This document shows, one piece after another, positions 36,858 through 44,900 of a DNA stretch of 64,000 bases (position 1 is the first letter of the stretch; every line of letters begins with the position of its first letter). The stretch is from positions 32,001 to 96,000 of the IMG/VR virus record IMGVR_UViG_3300045391_000819; one strand, 5' to 3'. The notes under the pieces are model-generated. The model had not been told where the DNA came from and searched no databases. It was given only the letters and a program-made list of their open reading frames with translations. Both the position numbers and the translations under genes were made by a program. Source of the stretch: a virus.

Positions 36858-39845
36858 TTATGATGTCTTAGTTACAGTCAAAGAAATTGTTAATCTTGTT
36901 ATTGTTACTGGTGCAGGAGAACTCCTAATTTGGAATCTTAATGTATCACCAGCAGCTATTATTTTATTCCATCCTGAAAGCACAAGGTCTTGATATTTCG
37001 TAGTTGCTGAGATTGTAGGAATAGTACCAGCACCAATTATACTATTGGCTACTGTTGATGGATAAGAAGCATAAGCAATCTTCCATATATCTACAGACAC
37101 AGTACCATTTACATCTCCTAATAACGTAATACCTGTTATGTTAGCAGAGAATGGAATATGTAAATCTCCTTTCACTCCAGATGTAAGTACAGTACCAGCA
37201 CCATCTACTACATAGATAATAGCTGCTGTAGATGAACCTGAATAACCAGATACACCGGATAGTCCGCTAAATCCTGAGAAACCTGATAGACCAGCTCCTG
37301 AGAATCCGCTATAACCAGAACGCCCACTGAATCCTGAGAAACCACTCAATCCTGAGAAACCACTAAGTCCTGAGAATCCACTAAATCCTGATGAAGCAGA
37401 AGCACCATTCAAACCGGAGAATCCAGAAAATCCTGAAGTTGAATTTCCACTAAATCCAGAAAATCCTGAACGTCCAGAAAATCCAGAGTAGCCACTCACG
37501 CCTGAGAAACCACTAAATCCAGACGAACCACCTCCTGAGAATCCACTAAATCCAGATAAACCGTTTGTTCCATTGGTTCCATTTAATCCTGAGAATCCAC
37601 TAAAACCAGAACGGCCACTAAATCCTGAGAACCCTGAAGATGCAGATGCACCATTCAAACCAGAGAAACCACTAAATCCAGATAAACCTGTATTACCAGC
37701 ACTACCACTAAATCCAGATGTTCCGCTAAATCCTGAGTAACCAGAACGTCCGCTAAATCCTGAGTAACCAGAAACACCAGAAAGACCTGAGAATCCACTG
37801 AATCCTGAAGATGCAGCCGATCCATTTAATCCACTGAATCCAGAGAATCCTGAACTTCCATTTGTTCCGTTCGTACCATTAGCTCCACTGAAACCACTGA
37901 AGCCTGACAAACCATTTGTACCGTTCGTTCCATTGGCTCCGCTAAATCCTGAGTAACCTGAACGACCTGAGAATCCACTGAAACCAGAAGATGCTGCACC
38001 ACCGTTAAGACCTGAGAATCCTGAGAACCCTGAGAAGCCAAATCCACTAAATCCAGAGAATCCAGATTTTCCATCAATACCATTTACACCGTTAAGTCCT
38101 GAGAAACCAGAATAACCAGAGCGTCCAGAAAATCCTGATTGACCATTAACTCCTGAGAAACCTGAATAACCAGAAGCAGAAGCTAATCCATCTTGTCCTG
38201 AGAATCCAGAGAAACCTGAGAACCCTGTACCACTAAATCCTGAGAATCCTGAACGACCAGAATATCCTGAAATTCCACTGTAACCTGAATAACCAGAACG
38301 ACCAGAATCACCAGATAGACCTGATGCACCAGATAGTCCACTGAATCCTGAGAAACCTGAGAACCCAGAAGTAGAATCTCCTGAGAAACCTGAGTAACCA
38401 GAGAAGCCTGAACGTCCTGAGAATCCGCTAAATCCTGATGTACCAAATCCACTAAATCCTGAGAATCCAGAACCACCAGCATCACCGCTAAATCCTGAAC
38501 GACCAGAGAAACCTGAATTACCTGAGAATCCAGAGAAACCTGATGAGGCTGAAGCTCCGTTAAGTCCACTGAATCCAGAGAAACCTGAGAATCCAGCGCC
38601 GCTAAAACCAGAGAATCCAGAGTAACCAGAACGTCCGCTAAAACCAGAGAATCCAGATTGACCTGAATAACCACTGAATCCTGAATCTCCTTTGCTACCT
38701 GTTGTAAGTAACCAAGTATCTGTTGCATATTTAACCAATGCTACAACAGAATATTGTCCGTTCATAACAAAGCTAGGAGCATCTATTGTAACACCAACTG
38801 AACCATTTATAGTTACTGCACCTATTCCACCTTGTTCAATAACAAATTGACTACCAACAGGAATTGGAACAGCTGCATTAGAAGGTACAACTAAAGTATG
38901 AGGTGAAGCAGAAACCATTTTAACACCTCTACCTATATCACTAAGAGCAAGTGTATAGTTAGTATCTGTTTGAGTGGTAAAGAATAAAGTACTCTGTCCA
39001 CTAAATCCAGAGTAACCAGACCAACCTGAGAAACCAGATGAAGCAGAACCACCATTAAGTCCACTGAATCCTGAGAATCCTGAAAATCCAGCTCCTGAGA
39101 ATCCGCTATATCCTGATACACCAGAACCAGAATATCCGGAGAAACCAGATGTTCCAATACCACTAAATCCACTATAACCTGAACGACCTGAGAAACCTGA
39201 GAATCCACTATAACCTGATTGTCCTGAGAACCCACTGAATCCTGAAGTACTATCTCCAGAGAATCCACTTCTTCCTGAATAACCTGAGAAACCAGAACCA
39301 CCAGAGCCACCACTGAATCCAGAACGTCCACTAAAACCAGAATCTCCTGAAAATCCAGAATAACCAGAACGACCTGAGAAACCAGAGAATCCAGATACAC
39401 CAGCACCACTAAATCCAGAATAACCAGACAAACCACTACCAGAGTAACCAGAATAACCAGAACCACCAACTCCGCTATATCCAGAATAACCTGAAGTTCC
39501 TATACCTGAGAAACCAGAATATCCTGAGAATCCTCTACCAGCAAATATCAATTGAAACTCAGAACCATCATAAACCATTTCAATAATCTGACCTGCAAGA
39601 ATATCCCCTGCATCCAGTTCTTGATTAATGTCTTTCCTTATGGCTCTTGTACCCAATCCATTTACGTTTATAATAGAAGGGCCACTATTTGTATTAGAAG
39701 CCATCCACATAAACTTCAAACCAGTAGTATATGCCTGAATAGGTGGTCTAAAATCTACGACATAGTTATTCCCTGTCCCTGTGTCAACGACATAAGAACC
39801 AGTTTCAACTACTTGATTAAATTGGGTATTTGCTTTCCCGATCAT
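36858..39845 (-). CDS. virion fibre with SG(F/Y) tripeptide tracts (995 aa)
   Basis: Fibre N-domain, two long SGF-dominated tracts, a spacer domain and a C-terminal beta domain. Confidence 0.8.
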   Translation of the reverse strand: MIGKANTQFNQVVETGSYVVDTGTGNNYVVDFRPPIQAYTTGLKFMWMASNTNSGPSIINVNGLGTRAIRKDINQELDAGDILAGQIIEMVYDGSEFQLIFAGRGFSGYSGFSGIGTSGYSGYSGVGGSGYSGYSGSGLSGYSGFSGAGVSGFSGFSGRSGYSGFSGDSGFSGRSGFSGGSGGSGFSGYSGRSGFSGDSTSGFSGFSGQSGYSGFSGFSGRSGYSGFSGIGTSGFSGYSGSGVSGYSGFSGAGFSGFSGFSGLNGGSASSGFSGWSGYSGFSGQSTLFFTTQTDTNYTLALSDIGRGVKMVSASPHTLVVPSNAAVPIPVGSQFVIEQGGIGAVTINGSVGVTIDAPSFVMNGQYSVVALVKYATDTWLLTTGSKGDSGFSGYSGQSGFSGFSGRSGYSGFSGFSGAGFSGFSGFSGLNGASASSGFSGFSGNSGFSGRSGFSGDAGGSGFSGFSGFGTSGFSGFSGRSGFSGYSGFSGDSTSGFSGFSGFSGLSGASGLSGDSGRSGYSGYSGISGYSGRSGFSGFSGTGFSGFSGFSGQDGLASASGYSGFSGVNGQSGFSGRSGYSGFSGLNGVNGIDGKSGFSGFSGFGFSGFSGFSGLNGGAASSGFSGFSGRSGYSGFSGANGTNGTNGLSGFSGFSGANGTNGTNGSSGFSGFSGLNGSAASSGFSGFSGLSGVSGYSGFSGRSGYSGFSGTSGFSGSAGNTGLSGFSGFSGLNGASASSGFSGFSGRSGFSGFSGLNGTNGTNGLSGFSGFSGGGSSGFSGFSGVSGYSGFSGRSGFSGFSGNSTSGFSGFSGLNGASASSGFSGFSGLSGFSGLSGFSGFSGRSGYSGFSGAGLSGFSGFSGLSGVSGYSGSSTAAIIYVVDGAGTVLTSGVKGDLHIPFSANITGITLLGDVNGTVSVDIWKIAYASYPSTVANSIIGAGTIPTISATTKYQDLVLSGWNKIIAAGDTLRFQIRSSPAPVTITRLTISLTVTKTS
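37235..39535 (-). repeat. SG(F/Y) tripeptide coding repeats (two tracts, about 39535-38995 and 38685-37235)
   Basis: 9-nt periodic imperfect repeats such as TCTGGTTTC, AGTGGATTC and TCAGGATTT on the minus strand. Confidence 0.95.
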
Positions 39846-39854
39846 GTTTTAATA

Positions 39855-41426
39855 TTAAGCGTGTTCATAGCATCCCATATCTGGATTACCAACTATTGGA
39901 TTACCTAAAATATCTCTTGTTAAACCTACATTTGTACCTGCATTTATACATGGAGAACCTGCTTGTAAACTCCAATCACTTGCCTGATTTACAAACAATG
40001 GATCACCTGTTGCTGAATGAGCTTCCTGTCCAGTTGATGTTCTCCAGTTTGCTAATGTAGTTGAGTTAGTTGCATTAAAAAACCATCTATAACCAGAAAG
40101 TGGCCCTTGGAAATATTGATTATAATCCATTGTTGGTGCAACGGAATTTCCAATTGTAATAAGTGTTTTACCATCACTACCCATTCTGCAAATAATATTA
40201 TTCTTTAATGTGAAGCCATCTCCAGCAGAGGTATACCAAGTTCCCTGATCTACACCATAACCATCTGCTAGGAATATGGTATTATTATAAAAATGTATTT
40301 GCCCTGTATTAGTACTAAAACATTCAAAGGCAGCAGATGCACAATTAACAAATAGATTATAATAAAATTCTACAAGACCTCCTGTTGTTACACTTCCTAC
40401 TCCTCCACCCGGAGTATTTGGACTTCCTGTTTTTGAATTAAATACTTGATTGTATCTTATGATTGCATTAGCAGCAGTACCACCAGCATCCAAATGTATA
40501 GAATCATTATCTCTATTAGAAGTACAACTTTCTACAAGCCAATTACTTGCCTGATAACCACCAAAAGCATGACCGTCAGTTGTTAAAGGCACAGTATATG
40601 CAATGTTATCTGAAGATGTACATCTAAGGAATGTTCCATCGTTTGCAACCCAAGAATAAAATCCATTACCGTTAAAGGTAGAGGTACAATCTGTTACTGT
40701 GAAACCATCAAATCTATCAATATGACATATTCCAAATGCCATGTTTCCATATGCAGTACAGTTTCTAACTGCTGATGCGCCTGTATAAGCACTACCAGTA
40801 GCTTCAAAATATATTCCAGACCTTCCTGCAAGTCTAACTTCAATATCATGTATCTCAATATAATTCCTAAGAGCAGAACTTTGAGAACCTATAATACAAT
40901 AATCCCTATTAGAAACTTCAGGGTTTAGAGTTCCGGGATCAACTGTTGAATAAACATATAGTCTATCAGGATTTGGAGTTGTATCAATGAAATATTTGTT
41001 TGCAGAAGTAAGAGCTGCAAGAGAAGCTACTGGAGTATATAGAGTACCACTAATATATACAGCTGCTCTAGTAGTAGTAACATTAGGACATACAATCCAC
41101 CACTGATTTGAACCTGCGTTTGTCCATCCACCCATTACATTAGCAGCATTAATAATAGGCTGTGCTCCTGCCCCATATGCACCAAATGTAATTGGTCTTC
41201 CTGCTTGTCCTGAAGATGGAACAGTTAATTGTTCCCTCCATGTATCTCCTCGCTTAAAGAGAATAGTATCTCCGGGCTTAAACGTAGAGGAATTGACCTT
41301 AGATATTGTCTGCCAAGAAGTTCCTGTACTTAGACCATTTGCTGCATCACTTCCAGCATTACTTACGAAATAAGTTTTACCACCAGCAAAGCCAGCAGTC
41401 ATCATCATTGTAAAAGCGAATTTCAT
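39855..41426 (-). CDS. right-handed beta-helix protein (pectate-lyase-like fold)
   Basis: TYFVSNAGSD...PGDTILFKRGD...PITFGAYG; Asn ladders; ends PDMGCYE. Confidence 0.8.
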   Translation of the reverse strand: MKFAFTMMMTAGFAGGKTYFVSNAGSDAANGLSTGTSWQTISKVNSSTFKPGDTILFKRGDTWREQLTVPSSGQAGRPITFGAYGAGAQPIINAANVMGGWTNAGSNQWWIVCPNVTTTRAAVYISGTLYTPVASLAALTSANKYFIDTTPNPDRLYVYSTVDPGTLNPEVSNRDYCIIGSQSSALRNYIEIHDIEVRLAGRSGIYFEATGSAYTGASAVRNCTAYGNMAFGICHIDRFDGFTVTDCTSTFNGNGFYSWVANDGTFLRCTSSDNIAYTVPLTTDGHAFGGYQASNWLVESCTSNRDNDSIHLDAGGTAANAIIRYNQVFNSKTGSPNTPGGGVGSVTTGGLVEFYYNLFVNCASAAFECFSTNTGQIHFYNNTIFLADGYGVDQGTWYTSAGDGFTLKNNIICRMGSDGKTLITIGNSVAPTMDYNQYFQGPLSGYRWFFNATNSTTLANWRTSTGQEAHSATGDPLFVNQASDWSLQAGSPCINAGTNVGLTRDILGNPIVGNPDMGCYEHA

Positions 41427-41512
41427 TGTTTAGTAAGTGTTATATGTAGAGCCTGTAAGACATTAGAATAATGTCTAATAATAAAACTCCTAGTATTTGC
41501 TTTACCGATCAT
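41423..41512 (-). CDS. 29-aa mini-ORF beginning MIGKANT (possible gene relic)
   Basis: MIGKANTRSFIIRHYSNVLQALHITLTKQ*; first 20 nt are 19/20 identical to the start of 36858..39845; ATGA overlap with the next gene. Confidence 0.4.
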   Translation of the reverse strand: MIGKANTRSFIIRHYSNVLQALHITLTKQ

Positions 41513-41522
41513 TTATAATAAT

Positions 41523-41969
41523 TTATGTACCTTTAAGATGATGAACCTCACCATGATAACAAAATTTAAAATCTGTTAATGCCCCAATTCTACCCTCACA
41601 TTCAATCCATTCACAAGGAGTATCAAACAAGTCAAGAGATTTTAATATTAGAGATGCTGAAATTTTAGCACATCCTATATGAGAAGTTCCGCTAGCTCCC
41701 TCTACAGAAGAACAATACCCTGCTACACAAAGAGGCTCTGAACAATTCCACATCTCTTTTAACAATTCAATTCTTGGAACTACATCATGTTCAATATTAA
41801 TAAAGGTTTGTTTTTCATTCCACCTTTCTTTAAAATATTGACCATATCCATAAAACTTATCTACTATAGGACAGAAGGTTGCATCAGGAACAGCCAGCAT
41901 TACTGGTGCTCTTAAATTAGTAAAAGGTACAAATATTCTTATGCTACTTTGATTGCTTTTAACCAACAT
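41523..41969 (-). CDS. minimal GT-A-fold glycosyltransferase-like protein
   Basis: Y..Y...W...TFINIEHDVVP...C...C...IGCAKIS; EHD sits in the DxD-equivalent position. Confidence 0.45.
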   Translation of the reverse strand: MLVKSNQSSIRIFVPFTNLRAPVMLAVPDATFCPIVDKFYGYGQYFKERWNEKQTFINIEHDVVPRIELLKEMWNCSEPLCVAGYCSSVEGASGTSHIGCAKISASLILKSLDLFDTPCEWIECEGRIGALTDFKFCYHGEVHHLKGT

Positions 41970-44900
41970 GCTGCTCTATATGTTAAAGTTCCACTTGTTA
42001 CTTTATTTCCTCTGACTACTAAGTTTCCTGAATCAGATACTACTATTTGTCCAGTTAAATAAGCATAGGATTCTGTATTAGCTGTAGTCCAACAAGTTGT
42101 GCTACCTGTATTTACTGCTGTTATTCTCACAGTTGCTATAAGCCCTGTTCCGCTTGATTGGGCTGACTGGAAAGCATCAATTGATGTTGTAGTTCCAGTA
42201 TAGTTAATTGCAAATTTTACACCAGCTGTACTACTAGATTGACCCAACAGCATAGCTTCAAATTGCCATGTTCCAGCAGTTAAAGCAATAGATAAACCAC
42301 TTAAATCTGTTAAACTGGTTGATGTTGTTGTGTTAGCAGTTGCCAATGCAACAAATGGTGAAATTCCACTATAACCCGAATAACCACTAATTCCAGAATA
42401 ACCAGAATAACCAGACCATCCAGAAGAACCTGTTGTTAATAACCATGTATCGGTTGCTGTTTTAACTAAAGCTACAACAGAATACTGACCATTCATTACT
42501 AAACTAGGAGCTTCAATAGTTACACCACCAGCAGCTACAATTGTAACAGTACCTGCACCAGCTTGTTCTACAACTATCTGTGAACCAACAGGAAATGCTA
42601 CTGAAGCATTTGTAGGAACTGTCAAGTTGTGAGCAGAGGCACTACTCATCTTTATTCCAGTTCCAGCATCACCAAGTACTAAAGTATAGTCCGTATCGGT
42701 TTGAGTAGTAAACGTAAGAGTATTTTGTCCACTAAAACCTGAGTATCCAGATTTACCGCTAAATCCTGAATAACCAGAAATACCGCTAAATCCTGAATAA
42801 CCTGAGATTCCACTATATCCTGAATAACCACTAATTCCTGAATATCCACTATACCCACTTCTTCCACTAAATCCTGAGTATCCTGAAATACCTGAAAAAC
42901 CTGAGAAACCTGAAGCTCCGGGATTAGCCCCCGAAAATCCAGAATAACCTGAAAGGCCACTGAATCCTGAATAACCTGATTTACCTGAGAACCCAGAATA
43001 ACCTGAAATTCCAGAATATCCACTATAACCACTATAACCCGAATACCCACTATAACCTGAAATTCCACTACTTAGGAGCCAAGTATCTGTAGCTTGCTTG
43101 ACCAAACATACAGTAGAATACTGAGCACCCATTGTTAGCCCTTGGGCATTAATAGTAACTCCTACACCTGCTGCAATTGTAACACCGCCTGTTCCTGCTT
43201 GCTCTATTACTATTTCTGTACCTACGATAAATGCTACAGAAGAATTAGGAGGAACAGTTAATGTATGCGCAGATGCAGAATCCATCTTGATTCCTGTAAA
43301 TGCATCTCCTAGAACTAAAGTATAATCTGTGTCAGTTTGAGTAGTAAATGTTAAAGTACTAAGTCCACTAAATCCTGAATATCCTGATTTACCTGAGAAA
43401 CCAGAGTAACCTGAAATACCTGAGAAACCAGAGTAACCAGAAATACCACTAAAACCAGAGTAACCAGAAATACCAGAACCTGAGTATCCAGAATAACCAG
43501 ATAATCCTGAGAAACCTGAGTAACCTGAAAGACCACTATAACCTGAATATCCACTTAACCCACTATAACCTGAGTATCCAGAATAACCAGAATAACCTGT
43601 ATGAGTAAATGTAATAACTATAGGAGTGTTATTAGCAAATACGCCATTATTATTAACTATAGGTGTAACTGATAACTTTCTATATCCTGTACCATCTACA
43701 ACCGATCCTGTTAATGTGAATGATGCAAAGTTCGAAGAATTACTTTGTTGATATACTTTAAGATAACCTCTATTTGAACTAAAAGATGTATCATCAAAAG
43801 TATCAAGCCAAGTAGAAACATCAGTTCCTGCTACGTTATTGTTATCTACATATATCGTAGTGATAGAAGCAAATGTAGCGTTATTGTATCTCAACAATCC
43901 ACTTCCCGGATCAGCATCAGCAGTTGTAGTGCTGAATGTATACGCCTGAGAATCACCACCAAAGCCTCCTGAGAATCCGCTAAATCCAGAGTACCCAGAT
44001 ATACCAGAGTATCCCGAATATCCACTAATTCCAGAATAACCAGAATAACCAGATATACCGCTATAACCACTATAACCAGAAAGTCCTGAGAATCCAGAAT
44101 AACCAGATATACCAGAATAACCACTGTAACCTGACCCACCACTAAAACCAGAGTAACCGCTAATTCCAGAGTATCCACTATAACCTGAAAGTCCACTATA
44201 TCCTGAGTATCCTGACTTACCTGAGAATCCAGAAAATCCAGAAGCACCATCGCTTCCAATTACACCATCTTGTCCACTATAACCAGAATACCCACTTTTA
44301 CCAGAGAAACCACTATATCCTGAAAGACCACTGTAACCAGAGTATCCAGATAAACCTGAGTAACCACTATAACCTGAAATACCACTACTCAATAACCAAC
44401 TGTCGGTTGCTTGTTTTACCAAACAAACTACAGAATATTGAGCGCCCATTGTATAACCTTGAGCATCAATTGTTACTCCTAAACCGGGAGTTATTGTAAC
44501 TGCTCCAGTACCTCCCTGCTCTATAACTATTTCTGTACCTACAACAAAAGGTACTGATGAATTTGGTGGAACAGTTAAGGTATGTGGAGAAGATGAGGAC
44601 ATCTTAACACCTGTAAAGGCATCTCCTAAAACTAAGGTGTAGTCTGTATCAGTTTGAGTATTGAAGAGAAGAGTACTTAATCCACTAAATCCAGAATATC
44701 CTGAATAACCTGACTTTCCACTAAAACCAGAATAACCAGATATTCCTGAATATCCTGAGTAACCTGAAAGACCACTGAATCCAGAGTAACCAGAGATTCC
44801 TGAATAACCAGAGTATCCACTCAATCCACTGAATCCAGAATATCCAGATATACCAGAATAACCAGATATACCAGAGTAACCTGAATATCCTGAATGACCT

